Source of the DNA: a virus | Taxonomy: Duplodnaviria; Caudoviricetes | Direction: 5' to 3' (one strand) | DNA: 52,268 nucleotides | Virus record (IMG/VR): IMGVR_UViG_3300043777_000338 | Coordinates: 1-52,268 of that record | In this document: piece by piece, positions 35,924 to 46,499 of the stretch | Layout of the letters: every line of letters starts with the position of its first letter | How positions within the stretch are numbered: the first letter of the stretch is position 1 | Notes under the pieces: generated by a model | Database searches by the model: none | Told to the model about the DNA's origin: nothing | What the model saw: only the letters and a program-made list of their open reading frames with translations | Translations under genes and position numbers: made by a program

Positions 35924-36589
35924 ATGTCATACGGCAATGGAACAAATACGCCAAACGGTCTTGTGCCTCGTCAAGATATTACTGGCTCTCCCTGGAACGG
36001 CCAAACGAGTCAATACAATATCATATCTGGATATGCAAACAACCTATTCACTGGTGATCCTGTCACTCTTCTCAATACTGGCGGTATAGGCATTGCTGTT
36101 GGTGGCGCTGCTGCTGCTCAAGGTCCGACAGTAGGTGTTTTTATGGGCTGCAAGTATCTTTTGAACAATCAATATGTTTTTTCGCCTTATTGGCCGACAG
36201 GAACTGTGCCTGACAATGCGACAAATGCTGTCGCTTTTGTTGTTGATGATCCAAATGTATTGTTCGATATACAGGTTTCGTCTACTGCGAATCCGTTAGC
36301 AAATCCTTGCACAATTGTTACAGCAAATTTAGGTCTAAATGCAAACTTCCAAGTTGGCAATCCTAATGGTGGAACGGGTAACCCTGCTGGAGGTTCTACG
36401 CGGACTGGTGTGTCAGCCTTTTATTTGAATTTCGAATCTCTGACTCCCGGAACTTCTGCGACGCTTAACTTAAAGGTTATGGCCTTCACCCCAGTACCTG
36501 GAAATGTCAGTGGTGTGAATTTTAACAATGCTTTGTGCTTGATAAACAATCATATCCTCAAGGGCGGCACAGGTACGGCTGGAATTTAA
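35924..36589 (+). CDS. Capsid decoration/cement protein
   Basis: 221 aa immediately before the MCP; NGLVP, LFTGDPV, GVFMGC, VVDDPNVLF. Confidence 0.7.
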   Translation: MSYGNGTNTPNGLVPRQDITGSPWNGQTSQYNIISGYANNLFTGDPVTLLNTGGIGIAVGGAAAAQGPTVGVFMGCKYLLNNQYVFSPYWPTGTVPDNATNAVAFVVDDPNVLFDIQVSSTANPLANPCTIVTANLGLNANFQVGNPNGGTGNPAGGSTRTGVSAFYLNFESLTPGTSATLNLKVMAFTPVPGNVSGVNFNNALCLINNHILKGGTGTAGI

Positions 36590-36616
36590 TTTTGAAATAT
36601 TTACTGGGAGACTAAT

Positions 36617-37519
36617 ATGACTATAAATACTACCCAAATACAGAACCTTCTTCGACCAGGACTTGCCGCGGTATTCGGTTCTTATCCAATGTATCCTTCT
36701 CAATGGTCTGAGATCTTCAATGTCTATGAATCAGATAAGGCGGTTGAAATCGAAGTTGAAATGAGAATGTTGGGTCTTGCTCAATTAAGGGCTGAAGGCG
36801 CTCCAACTGCTATGGATACAATGGGCCAACGCATAGTAACCAACTACCAACATCAATATATTGCATTGGGCTTCCAAATCACTCGTCAGGCAATCATGGA
36901 TAATCTTTATAAGACAAGATTCCCAATGATGGCTGTTGCTTTGAGAGATTCGTTGGCGCAGACAAAAGAAATACTTGGAGCCAGCGTTATCAACAATGGA
37001 TTTAGCGCGACTTTCCCTATCGGTGATGGTCAGCCTCTTTACAGCGTAGCGCATCCAATTGATAGCGGCGTTGTTCCCAATACGCCTGCTGTTGCTGCAG
37101 ATCTTAACGAAGCCGCTTTGGAATCAGGGATCATCACAATTCAGCAGTTTAAGAACCAAGCTGGTCTTATTGTCCAAACAAAACCAAAGAAGTTAGTTGT
37201 TCCTCCTCAAAACCAATTCGTTGCGGAACGTTTGCTGGCCTCTGCGTTCAGAACTAATACAGCCAACAATGATATCAGTGCGATCTATAATGTAACGGCT
37301 ATTCCAGAGGGATATAGGGTCAATCAATTCTTAACGGCTCCTACAGGATGGTATTTAGTGACAGATGCTCCAGATGGATTCAAGCATTATATCAGAGAAA
37401 AGATAGAAACTGATGTGTACACTGACTTTTCGACAGATAACCTTCTTGCTAAAGCAGTTGAAAGGTATTCATTCGGAGTATCTAACTTCCGCGCTACATA
37501 TGGATCTGTTGGCCCTTAA
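36617..37519 (+). CDS. Major capsid protein (HK97 fold, Mu gpT-like)
   Basis: LRPGLAAVFG, SDKAVE, GDGQPLYSVAHP, KLVVPP and ERYSFG. Confidence 0.9.
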   Translation: MTINTTQIQNLLRPGLAAVFGSYPMYPSQWSEIFNVYESDKAVEIEVEMRMLGLAQLRAEGAPTAMDTMGQRIVTNYQHQYIALGFQITRQAIMDNLYKTRFPMMAVALRDSLAQTKEILGASVINNGFSATFPIGDGQPLYSVAHPIDSGVVPNTPAVAADLNEAALESGIITIQQFKNQAGLIVQTKPKKLVVPPQNQFVAERLLASAFRTNTANNDISAIYNVTAIPEGYRVNQFLTAPTGWYLVTDAPDGFKHYIREKIETDVYTDFSTDNLLAKAVERYSFGVSNFRATYGSVGP

Positions 37520-37569
37520 TATTTAGACAAATTCAATTTTGTCAACAATTACATTAGGAGAAGCGCAAA

Positions 37570-38679
37570 ATGGCTGGACCATTCTTAAATACAACTGATC
37601 CAACAACCTTTACTTCGGCGTTGCTTGTTGGCGATGCGACAGGAAATTCTCTTGTTCCGCCTACATTAAGTACGGTTGCCGGTGTGCCTGTATCTGCTTG
37701 TTTGGAACTTCAATCCACATTAGGTGCGCTACTCGTTCCTCGTATGACGACCGCACAAGTCGCTGCTATCACCACTGTTTCAAATGGTATGGTTATTTAT
37801 AATACCACCACAAACGTATTCCAATTTTATGAAAATGGCGGTTGGGTTAACTTTGCGCAAGGCGGTGGCGGTGGCGCCGTTACAGGGCCTGTAGCGAGTA
37901 CAAATAATGCTGTTGCATTGTGGAATGGTGTTGGTGGTAATGTTCTTGAAAACTCTGTTGTTATTATTTCGGCTTTAGGTGCTGTGACTGGCATTATCAG
38001 TCTCGCTAATGGTGCTGGAACAGCAGCAGCCCCAAGTTATACTTTTGCAGCTGATACTACTTCAGGAATGTATCAGAGTGGTGCTGGTGATGTAGATTTT
38101 TCAAGTTCTGGATTGCGCGTATTGAATCTAACTGCAACTGCTGCTGCTGTAAACTATTTAAATATTAATGCTGGTGCAACTGGTTTTCCTGTTGCGTTTA
38201 CTGCTATTGGCACTGATGCGAATATTGGTATTGAGTTAATAACTAAAGGTAACGGCCCTGTCATTTTCCCGGATGGAACGGCTGCGGCTCCTGCAATTGT
38301 CTTTACAGGAGATCTGGCGTCGGGATTATACGATTCTGCTGTTGGTGTAGTTGGTGTTTCTTGTCTATCGACTACAATTGCGCTGTTTTCTGCAAAAGGT
38401 ATTGGCCTCGCTACGGCAGCTCCAACGAATGCTGCAACTAATGTCATTTCTATTCCTAATGGAACTGCCCCGACTGGTATGGGTGCAAGCAGTGTTGGAA
38501 TTTATTCTTCTACCCAGCCAGTTACTACAGGTGGAGGGAATTGCAGAACTCTTTCAATATACACAGACGTAACGCCCATTTCAACTAATACGATTACCAC
38601 AGCCAACTTAACGAGAACATTGGTCATTTCTGTAAATGGAGTGGCTTATTACGTTCCATGTTCTACGGCAAGTACTTAA
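37570..38679 (+). CDS. Virion fibre-like protein
   Basis: LELQSTLGALLVPRMTT motif and GTAAAPSYTF..D..SG repeats. Confidence 0.7.
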   Translation: MAGPFLNTTDPTTFTSALLVGDATGNSLVPPTLSTVAGVPVSACLELQSTLGALLVPRMTTAQVAAITTVSNGMVIYNTTTNVFQFYENGGWVNFAQGGGGGAVTGPVASTNNAVALWNGVGGNVLENSVVIISALGAVTGIISLANGAGTAAAPSYTFAADTTSGMYQSGAGDVDFSSSGLRVLNLTATAAAVNYLNINAGATGFPVAFTAIGTDANIGIELITKGNGPVIFPDGTAAAPAIVFTGDLASGLYDSAVGVVGVSCLSTTIALFSAKGIGLATAAPTNAATNVISIPNGTAPTGMGASSVGIYSSTQPVTTGGGNCRTLSIYTDVTPISTNTITTANLTRTLVISVNGVAYYVPCSTAST

Positions 38680-38700
38680 AAATAAAAAAAGGAGAAAAAG

Positions 38701-38943
38701 ATGGAAAAACTAGAGGTAATAAGAAATAAGATCGAAGAAATAAAGAAAGATATTCAAAAGAAGTTAGATTTTCACAATGAAATTTTAAATTCTCTTACGA
38801 AATTGAATAATGAGAGAGATATCGTAAGGAATGATATTAATACTCTCAATGGAGCTCTGAGTGCTTATCAGGAAACTGTCAATTTTTTGTCGGAAGGTCA
38901 ACAAAGTATTGAAGATGTTGTTATTGAGGCAGAGGTAGTTTAA
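38701..38943 (+). CDS. Small coiled-coil protein (possible fibre chaperone)
   Basis: 80 aa with heptad pattern; SD AAGGAG. Confidence 0.65.
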   Translation: MEKLEVIRNKIEEIKKDIQKKLDFHNEILNSLTKLNNERDIVRNDINTLNGALSAYQETVNFLSEGQQSIEDVVIEAEVV

Positions 38944-38946
38944 TTC

Positions 38947-39576
38947 ATGGCTCGTCCCATTGTTATTAATTGGCCTGTAACAAGCAATACCGTAGTTTCT
39001 TCACTTCAGACATTGGGTGCTGCAGGAAATCTGGTTATTAACAATGGGCCAAATGGCTTTTTTGATTTTGTTAAAGTCACAAGATCCATTACTTTAACCT
39101 CTACAAACAATCTTTCTGGCGTTAATTTTACAATTACTGGGACTTTGAATGGAGCCACAATTTCTGAAGTGCTGGCCGGACCTAATAATAATACTGTTAC
39201 TTCTGTTAATATTTATGACACGATAACAAGCATAGCTTCTAATGCTGCAGCCGCTGCTGTGAGCGCTGGCTCTGGTCAAACTGGCAGAACTCGGTGGATT
39301 AATTTTGATTATGATCAATTAATCATGAATTATTCTGTTCAGGTTGTAGTAGGGGCGGCCACTATAAATTACACTTTTAATACAACATTAGATGATGTGA
39401 ATGTTGTGGCAACGCCTACTCTTACGGCCCCTGTAGGTGCAATGACGGCAGCTACTACGACTCAATTTGCGACACTTACGACGCCCATCAATTACGCCAA
39501 TGTAACAATTAATTCTTCGAATAGTACAGGAACCTTAACATTGACTTTATTAATTCAAGGTATAGGCAGAACATGA
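38947..39576 (+). CDS. Virion structural protein
   Basis: 209 aa, beta-rich; NLSGVNFTITGT...SEVLAGPN. Confidence 0.65.
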   Translation: MARPIVINWPVTSNTVVSSLQTLGAAGNLVINNGPNGFFDFVKVTRSITLTSTNNLSGVNFTITGTLNGATISEVLAGPNNNTVTSVNIYDTITSIASNAAAAAVSAGSGQTGRTRWINFDYDQLIMNYSVQVVVGAATINYTFNTTLDDVNVVATPTLTAPVGAMTAATTTQFATLTTPINYANVTINSSNSTGTLTLTLLIQGIGRT

Positions 39577-39797
39577 GCAGACCTAAAAAAGAACTTCAAA
39601 GAGCTGGTGGAAAATTTATACAGGCAGCTATCAAACATCCTGGGGCGCTTCATCGCGAATTGCACGTTCCGGAAGGGAAAAAGATTCCTGCAAAGAAATT
39701 AGAAAAAGCAACTCATTCAAAGAATCCATTGCTGAGGAAAAGAGCGTCCCTGGCAAAGACTTTGAAGAATCTTCCTAGGCATACAGGTCCTAGATAA
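39573..39797 (+). CDS. Small basic protein
   Basis: FIQAAIKHPGALHRELHVPEGKKIP...RASLAKTL. Confidence 0.75.
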   Translation: MSRPKKELQRAGGKFIQAAIKHPGALHRELHVPEGKKIPAKKLEKATHSKNPLLRKRASLAKTLKNLPRHTGPR

Positions 39798-39823
39798 GTG
39801 TGTGTTTTTATTATGGTTTATAA

Positions 39824-40879
39824 ATGTCAACATCAGGTACTTATAATTTTGGATCAACTATCAGCGAGCAGTTTATTATAGACGCTTATGAACGCTGTGG
39901 TATATTGCCTGATGTTATTACCGCTGAGCAAATTCAATCTGGGCAAAGAAGTATAAATCTTCTGCTTTCTGAATGGATCAATAAAGGATTGAATCTGTGG
40001 ACTGTGAAGCAGTCTATGTTAAATTTAATTCCTAACCAAAATGCATATCTCCTCCCTTATCCGACAAGCGATGTCTTGGAAGCGACAATTCGGACATCGA
40101 ATCGCAATCTTGGTGGCACTGCATTTTCAAGCGCGGGTGGTATTGCTCAAAATGCATTTGATAATAACCCAGCAACAGCTTGTACGCAAACAGCTCCAAA
40201 TGGGTACATAAGTTATAATTGGGGAACGAATGTCCAATATGCCATTAATATGGTTGGTATTCAATCAAATGTCACAACCACTTATACACCTGTTTGTGAA
40301 TATTCTAATGATGGCATTAATTGGTTCCAGGTCCTGGCGATTCCAGCTCAGACTTTCACAATTGGTATTAATGTTTGGTTTGTCGTTCCCGTTCCAACTT
40401 TGGGACAATATTTTCGTGTCCGAGAAACTGGCGGTGCTACATTAAATATTCAAGAACTTTATTTTAACACATCTCTTCAGGATACAGTTGTTACTCGCAT
40501 TTCTCGCGCTGAGTATATTTCTTATCCGTTAAAGAATCAGACAGGTCGTCCCACGAGTTTTTACGTAGATCGACAAATTAATCCTGTGATCTATCTCTGG
40601 CCAACTCCAACTCCGCAATACAACAACTTATTTTATACGCGAGTTGAGTTGATGCAAGACATTGGGCAGATGATCAATATGGCTGATATTCCTCAGCGTT
40701 TCTATGAGGCTCTAGTTTCTGGCCTGGCTGTTAAATTATCAATTAAGTATATGCCTGCTCGTTTAGAAATTCTTCGTCAAGAATATGAGCATGCTTTCAA
40801 TATTGCGGCAAGAGAAGATACAGAGCGAGTTCCTCTTCGGATTTATGGCGATTATCAACAAGGATGGACTAGAACATGA
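39824..40879 (+). CDS. Head-tail adaptor/tail tubular protein with an inserted beta-sandwich domain
   Basis: MSTSGTYNF...DAYERCG...EWINKGLNLWT and C-terminal GRPT..YLWPTP...DIPQRFYEAL; NAFDNN discoidin-like insert. Confidence 0.7.
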   Translation: MSTSGTYNFGSTISEQFIIDAYERCGILPDVITAEQIQSGQRSINLLLSEWINKGLNLWTVKQSMLNLIPNQNAYLLPYPTSDVLEATIRTSNRNLGGTAFSSAGGIAQNAFDNNPATACTQTAPNGYISYNWGTNVQYAINMVGIQSNVTTTYTPVCEYSNDGINWFQVLAIPAQTFTIGINVWFVVPVPTLGQYFRVRETGGATLNIQELYFNTSLQDTVVTRISRAEYISYPLKNQTGRPTSFYVDRQINPVIYLWPTPTPQYNNLFYTRVELMQDIGQMINMADIPQRFYEALVSGLAVKLSIKYMPARLEILRQEYEHAFNIAAREDTERVPLRIYGDYQQGWTRT

Positions 40880-41286
40880 GTTATCGTCCTAAGGGTAGAC
40901 ATGTCCGAATTGATCGAGATTTTCCAGAAGCGTTAGGGATTTGCGATAAAACAGGTTTTGTTTTTAATAGAAAAGATCTTGTGCGGCAAATGGAATGGCG
41001 TGGAAATGCGCTTATTTGGACAGGCTTCTATGTTGGATTACCTTATGTTGACACTCCAAATGAGCAGTTGAGGCCCCCGATTTTGCCTCCAGATCCTGTT
41101 CCTATTTTTTATCCAAGATTGCAACAGCCACAGAATATTACTTGGTCTACTGCATCTTTTGCCACATGGAGTACTCCAACCATTTATCGATTTAGCGATC
41201 AGCAAGAATATGATGATGGGGTTATGGCTCTGCCTCCTGCGGAGAGATTGCAACAATTACAATCTTTAAATTGGGGATGGGTATAA
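40876..41286 (+). CDS. Tail-module protein of unknown function
   Basis: ALGICDKTGF...QMEWRG; ATGA-coupled. Confidence 0.7.
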   Translation: MSYRPKGRHVRIDRDFPEALGICDKTGFVFNRKDLVRQMEWRGNALIWTGFYVGLPYVDTPNEQLRPPILPPDPVPIFYPRLQQPQNITWSTASFATWSTPTIYRFSDQQEYDDGVMALPPAERLQQLQSLNWGWV

Positions 41287-41672
41287 TGACGCAATTAACG
41301 AACCTGACTTATTCCGCTGGTTATGGAGATCTTCTCACAACGACGAACAATGGCAATGGCCTAACGGCAGTTCTTGCAAATGTTCAAGATGGTCTCGGCA
41401 ATAATAGTCCCATGCAGATTGCGACAATATCTGTCAACTTCAATCGTGGTGGCAATACTTTTGAGTTGGATGGAACTCCAATAACAGCAGCAGCGGCGGA
41501 TATCAATGCAGTTTGTGTTCCTAACCCTGTTTTTGGTGGAACAAGCGCTGCTCAATTGCCATCCGGAACAACGGGACAACGGCCAGGAGTGCCAGTTGCC
41601 GGAGATATGAGATTCAATACAACAACAGTACATATGGAATATTACAACGGCACAGTTTGGGTTAGTTTTTAG
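41286..41672 (+). CDS. Short fibre-like protein
   Basis: TAATG coupling at 41284-41288; LPSGTTGQRP...GDMRFNTT..MEYYNGTVW. Confidence 0.7.
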   Translation: MTQLTNLTYSAGYGDLLTTTNNGNGLTAVLANVQDGLGNNSPMQIATISVNFNRGGNTFELDGTPITAAAADINAVCVPNPVFGGTSAAQLPSGTTGQRPGVPVAGDMRFNTTTVHMEYYNGTVWVSF

Positions 41673-41681
41673 GAGATAATT

Positions 41682-42818
41682 ATGGGACTTAATCTTATAT
41701 CACCATCAGTTTTTACAACTGCAATTCTTATTGGAGATACAGTTCATAGTCCCAATGGTGGGACTGATTCTACTCCGGTTTTAACAACGACAGGCAATCC
41801 TCCAATTACAGGATCGACTTGTCTAGAGCTTCAATCTACAACAAGCGCTCTTTTAGTTAGTCGAATGACGACCACACAAAGAAATGCTCTCAATGCAATA
41901 GATGGGATGCTTGTTTATGATACGACAGTTGGCGCTTTCTTCATGCGTGAAGGGGGTGCTTGGAATCAGAGCGGCCCTGCTGGAGGAGATGTTATTGGTC
42001 CGGCTGTATCTGTGGCAGGTGATATTGCGATATTTGCCGACACAACTGGTAAAGTATTAGCCGACAGTGGAGTGCCAATCACAAAGGTTCCTCAACTTGC
42101 AGAAGTGCTCGAATTGAGAGAAAAAAAGGGATTAACTCCTCTGATTAATGTTAATCAGATTGGCAATCTTGGGCATATCGCCTTTACAAATGGCATTGGC
42201 CTTCTTTTTGTAGATAGTTTAATGCCAGTTGAATTTATCGATAATGATTATGGGCCGGGAAATCAAGTCTGTTCATTATTTACAGGAGGTCTTCCTTCAA
42301 GCTCAACGACTCCGAGCGCGCTTATTGAATTGCAAACAACGACGGGTGCTTTTCTTCTATCTCGTATGACGACAGTTCAAAAGAATGCTCTTACATCTCC
42401 CGCTGCTGGGATGATGGTTTATGATACAACCATAGGTGATTTTTCTTTCTATAATGGCGCTTGGTTTGAAATCCCAGCACAAACGATTGCAAATTGGACA
42501 GACGTAACATCCGGAGCTCAAGCTTTATTGGCAAATAATGGCTATGTGACTGATCTTGGTGGCGGCGTCACATATACATTGCCAGCGACAGCAAATCTGG
42601 GTGATCAAATTATGATTGTTGGTAAGTCAGGAATATCAACAATAGATCAAAATGCCAATCAACAAATCACGATTGCGAGCGCTTCTAGTACAGTTGGTGT
42701 TGGTGGTTCTGTAAATGGAAACAATGCTGGCGATTGCATAACTCTGGTTTGTATTACGGCAGGAGCATCGACGGTATGGCGCGCAAATTCAGTAATCGGA
42801 AATTGGACGGTAACTTAA
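41682..42818 (+). CDS. Virion fibre-like protein
   Basis: Two ELQ.T..A.L.SRMTT.Q.NAL...GM.VYDTT modules; C-terminal TLPATA..GD domain. Confidence 0.7.
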   Translation: MGLNLISPSVFTTAILIGDTVHSPNGGTDSTPVLTTTGNPPITGSTCLELQSTTSALLVSRMTTTQRNALNAIDGMLVYDTTVGAFFMREGGAWNQSGPAGGDVIGPAVSVAGDIAIFADTTGKVLADSGVPITKVPQLAEVLELREKKGLTPLINVNQIGNLGHIAFTNGIGLLFVDSLMPVEFIDNDYGPGNQVCSLFTGGLPSSSTTPSALIELQTTTGAFLLSRMTTVQKNALTSPAAGMMVYDTTIGDFSFYNGAWFEIPAQTIANWTDVTSGAQALLANNGYVTDLGGGVTYTLPATANLGDQIMIVGKSGISTIDQNANQQITIASASSTVGVGGSVNGNNAGDCITLVCITAGASTVWRANSVIGNWTVT

Positions 42819-42842
42819 GTAAAACATTCTGGGAGATATATT

Positions 42843-43892
42843 ATGGCTACAATGAACGCAATTGGTATTAATACTGGAGCATCAAACACGATGCTTCAAG
42901 GCGCAGGTGTTGGAACTGCTCCTACATTTTCTACTGCAACTTATCCAGCAACCACTACCATAAATCAATTGCTATATTCTTCGGCAGCAAATGCTGTTGC
43001 TGGCTTGGCTACTGCGAATAGCGGGGTATTAATTACGAGCTCTGGTGGAGTGCCTTCTATAGGAACTACATTACCAATTGGAGTGCAGACAAATATTACT
43101 GAGCTTGGAACTGTGACTGTTGGCGTTTGGAATGCATCTTTGATACCGCTGGCCTATGGGGGTACTAATGCTAACTTGGTGGCATCCAATGGCGGTATCT
43201 TTTACTCCACCGGGACAGCTGGTGCTATTCTTTCTGGAACTGTAACGGCAAATCAAGTTTTGCTTTCTGGGTCTTCGACAACGCCGGCTTGGTCGACAGC
43301 AACGTATCCCGCGACGACGACTATCAATCAGTTGTTGTATTCTTCGGCTGCAAACACCATTGCTGGATTAGCGACGGCAAATAGTGCACATCTTGTCACC
43401 ACCAGCACTGGTGTTCCAGTATATACCGCAACCATGACCAATGGTCAGGTAGTAATCGGTTCTACTGGTGCGACTCCCACTGCTGCGACATTAACTGCCG
43501 GTACGGGAGTTACAATTACAAATGGAGCTGGATCTATTACAATTGCTAGCAGTGGAACTCCTCAGTCAATTGTGGATCAAAATTCAAGCAGCGTAACTAT
43601 GGCTGTAAATACGATCTACATTATTGACAACGGAGCATCTCTAGTAACTTTGACTTTGAATGCTACAGTTGCTCTAGGTCAAACATTCGAAATTGTCGGA
43701 TTTTCAGCAGGTGGTTGGACGATAGCTCAAAATGCAGGTCAAACAATCCATTTTAACTCAACCAGCACAACAACTGGCGCTACTGGTACGCTTTCGTCAA
43801 CGGTTCAATACAATTCAGTGAAATTGACATGCTCTAAAGCAAATACAGATTTCACAGTTACTACATCGCAAGGAAACTTAACTGTCGTTTAG
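42843..43892 (+). CDS. Tail fibre-like protein
   Basis: Thr/Gly/Ala-rich; shares a module of about 130 aa with the next gene. Confidence 0.75.
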   Translation: MATMNAIGINTGASNTMLQGAGVGTAPTFSTATYPATTTINQLLYSSAANAVAGLATANSGVLITSSGGVPSIGTTLPIGVQTNITELGTVTVGVWNASLIPLAYGGTNANLVASNGGIFYSTGTAGAILSGTVTANQVLLSGSSTTPAWSTATYPATTTINQLLYSSAANTIAGLATANSAHLVTTSTGVPVYTATMTNGQVVIGSTGATPTAATLTAGTGVTITNGAGSITIASSGTPQSIVDQNSSSVTMAVNTIYIIDNGASLVTLTLNATVALGQTFEIVGFSAGGWTIAQNAGQTIHFNSTSTTTGATGTLSSTVQYNSVKLTCSKANTDFTVTTSQGNLTVV

Positions 43893-44350
43893 GAGATAGA
43901 CATGGCAACGAATAATGCAATTGATTCAAGCACCTTTCCAGCGCTTTTGCTTTCAAAAGGTGGAACAAATGCGAATCTAACTGCTTCGAATGGAGGAATA
44001 TTTTATTCCACAGCCTCTGCTGGTGCAATCTTGTCTGGCACTGCCACTGCGCATCAAGTATTGTTGTCCGGTTCATCTACGACACCAGCATGGTCAACCG
44101 CTACATATCCGACAACAACAACTATCAATCAGTTGTTGTATTCTTCGGCCGCAAACACCATTGCTGGATTGGCGACGGCAAATAGTGCGCATCTCGTTAC
44201 GACCAGTGCGGGAGTTCCTGTGTATACATCGACCATGACTAATGGTCAGGTAGTAATCGGTTCTACTGGTGCGACTCCCACTGCTGCCACCCTTACTCAG
44301 GGTAGTGGTATCACGATTACCAATGGGGCTGGCACTATCACAATCGCTTC
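43158..44350 (+). repeat. Duplicated module of about 390 bp (43158-43550 and 43959-44350)
   Basis: Constant offset of 801 bp; GGTNANL.ASNGGIFYST...TITNGAG.ITIAS is nearly identical in both copies. Confidence 0.9.
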
Positions 44351-45707
44351 AACAGGAAGTCTGCCTAGTATTTCAACTAATTATCAAATATTAAGCTCTT
44401 TCACTGGTACCGCTACTTGGTATAGTAATTTTATTGATACCGGAAGTTCATTGTTTAATTTATCAATCGGAACAAGTGCTGGAAATTCTTCTATTTCTGG
44501 AAGCTTTAATACTTCGGTGGGCGACAAAGCTGGAACAGCTATAACATCTGGTGGGAACAACACATCATTTGGGTACTTAGCATCAAATGCTGTAAACACT
44601 CAATCTGATAATACAGCAGTTGGCTATAAAGCTAATACCTTAAATACTGGAAACGAAAATTGCGCATTTGGTTCTTCTGCTCTTGCGTCAGAAACAAGCA
44701 GCAATTCAAATTGCGCATTTGGATATGAAGCTCTTACGGTGCAAAATGGCGCAGGAAACAATTCAGCATTTGGCTACAGCAGTGGAGCGGCTATTACTAC
44801 GGGTATTGATAATTGTGCATTTGGTTATAATTCTTTAGTAACAGAAAAAACAGGTGCTCAAAATTGTGCATTTGGATATCAAGCGTTACAAAATCAAAAT
44901 GGGGTCACAGGTTCGGCAGCATTTGGCGCGGGGGCAGGATCGGGTTTAACTTCTGGCACGCAAAATGCTGCATTTGGAGGAAATGCTCTTCTGTCGGAAA
45001 ATACTGGCGGAAACAACTCTGCTTTTGGTTTTCAGGCTCTTTTTTTTCAAAGCGGTGAAAGTAATAACACTGGTATTGGATATAATACTTTCGGATCGAT
45101 GAGCGCCGGAAGTAGCAACACGGCTTTAGGTGCGTCAACAGGTGCTGCTCGAGCTTCATATACTCAATGTACATTGATTGGCGCTGGCGCTGATAATTCA
45201 TCGAGCGGATTAACGAATACAACAGTCATTGGCTATAATGCTTCTGGCACAGCAAGCAATCAAATTGTCATCGGAAATTCAAGCAATACTACTTGTCATA
45301 TATTTGGTATTACTGGATCAACATCTTCATCTGGCGTAGCGGTGTTGGTCAATGCTAGCAGCGTTCTTGGAACGACAACATCTTCAATCGAATATAAAGA
45401 GAATGTAAAAGATATTTCAGATTATAGTGACATAATCTACAAAATGCGTCCTGTAACTTTTACATATAAACAAGAACATGTTGATTCAAAAGAAGACACT
45501 GAAGTTATACAATATGGATTAATTGCAGAAGAAATTGAAAAATTAGATCCTAACCTTGTTTTCTACAAAGATGGCAAGCCGCATACAATTCGATATCAAT
45601 TTTTGCAATTTTTGCTTCTTAATGAACTCAAGAAGTTAAAAGAAGAAAATAATGAATTAAAGGCTGAATTTAATCAATTTAAAAATCATTTAGCAAGGAT
45701 GAATTAA
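43902..45707 (+). CDS. Tail fibre/spike with YadA-head-like repeats and C-terminal intramolecular chaperone (peptidase S74)
   Basis: Repeats of about 17 aa with N(C/T/S)AFG; SSIEYKENV...RPVTF...YGLIAEE followed by a coiled coil. Confidence 0.85.
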   Translation: MATNNAIDSSTFPALLLSKGGTNANLTASNGGIFYSTASAGAILSGTATAHQVLLSGSSTTPAWSTATYPTTTTINQLLYSSAANTIAGLATANSAHLVTTSAGVPVYTSTMTNGQVVIGSTGATPTAATLTQGSGITITNGAGTITIASTGSLPSISTNYQILSSFTGTATWYSNFIDTGSSLFNLSIGTSAGNSSISGSFNTSVGDKAGTAITSGGNNTSFGYLASNAVNTQSDNTAVGYKANTLNTGNENCAFGSSALASETSSNSNCAFGYEALTVQNGAGNNSAFGYSSGAAITTGIDNCAFGYNSLVTEKTGAQNCAFGYQALQNQNGVTGSAAFGAGAGSGLTSGTQNAAFGGNALLSENTGGNNSAFGFQALFFQSGESNNTGIGYNTFGSMSAGSSNTALGASTGAARASYTQCTLIGAGADNSSSGLTNTTVIGYNASGTASNQIVIGNSSNTTCHIFGITGSTSSSGVAVLVNASSVLGTTTSSIEYKENVKDISDYSDIIYKMRPVTFTYKQEHVDSKEDTEVIQYGLIAEEIEKLDPNLVFYKDGKPHTIRYQFLQFLLLNELKKLKEENNELKAEFNQFKNHLARMN

Positions 45708-45708
45708 G

Positions 45709-45864
45709 ATGCCTCTTATCAAAGGGAAAAAAGCCTGCAAAAAGAAAAATATCTCGAAGAACATCGCTGCTGAAGTTAATGCTGGCAAGCCGCAGCCTCA
45801 AGCTGTAGCGATAGGATTTTCGATATGTAGAGAAGCGAAGAAGAAGAAAAAAAGGAAAAAATAA
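45709..45864 (+). CDS. Small very basic protein (51 aa, not in ORF track)
   Basis: MPLIKGKKACKKKNISKNIAAEVNAGKPQPQAVAIGFS...; TAATG-coupled to the next gene. Confidence 0.75.
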   Translation: MPLIKGKKACKKKNISKNIAAEVNAGKPQPQAVAIGFSICREAKKKKKRKK

Positions 45865-46499
45865 TGCCCTCTATGACTTACAATTCATTAATAAATCAAG
45901 TCATGGACTATTTAGATAGAACGGATGCGGATACGCAAAATGAAGTACCAAACTTTATATACCAAGCCGAACAACGAGTGTGCCGAGAATCAAAAAATAT
46001 CGGCCTTGAGCAGTATGTTACTGGTAATTTTACTATTGGGGTTCCTATTCTGGCAAAGCCAGCGCGCTGGAGGAGAAGCATTACCTTTAGCTTCGGAAGT
46101 GGTGCAGGGAACAACACCGTTAATCAATTGTTTTTAAGAACTTATGATTATATCCGAAATTATTGGAATCAGCCAAATTTGAATGCTCCTCCTGTATATT
46201 ATTCGGATTATGGATATGACCATCTATTGATCGGACCAACTCCTGATCAAACTTATCCTTTTGAATTTGCCTATCTGGAACTTCCTGAGCCTCTTTCTCT
46301 TGCGAACCAAACAAATTGGCTTACAAATAATGTTCCAGATTTGTTGCTTTATGCAACTCTTTTAGAAGCAATTCCATTTCTCAAGAATGATGAACGGATT
46401 CCAATTTGGACATCTTTTTATGATCGAGCGCTTCAGAGCCTTAATAATCAAGACAATCAAAGACTCACAGACAGAGCCAGCAATAGAGATTCAGACTAA
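45864..46499 (+). CDS. Tail tubular/adaptor protein
   Basis: MTYNSL...YLDR.D...VPNFI.QAE.R; IGPTPD; TNWL....PDLLLY. Confidence 0.75.
   Translation: MPSMTYNSLINQVMDYLDRTDADTQNEVPNFIYQAEQRVCRESKNIGLEQYVTGNFTIGVPILAKPARWRRSITFSFGSGAGNNTVNQLFLRTYDYIRNYWNQPNLNAPPVYYSDYGYDHLLIGPTPDQTYPFEFAYLELPEPLSLANQTNWLTNNVPDLLLYATLLEAIPFLKNDERIPIWTSFYDRALQSLNNQDNQRLTDRASNRDSD

Noticed and set aside
43158-44350. Fibre-gene duplication (or the 23090/25059 pair) as a diversity-generating retroelement TR/VR
   Set aside because: No reverse transcriptase is present, and mismatches are mostly synonymous and not adenine-specific.
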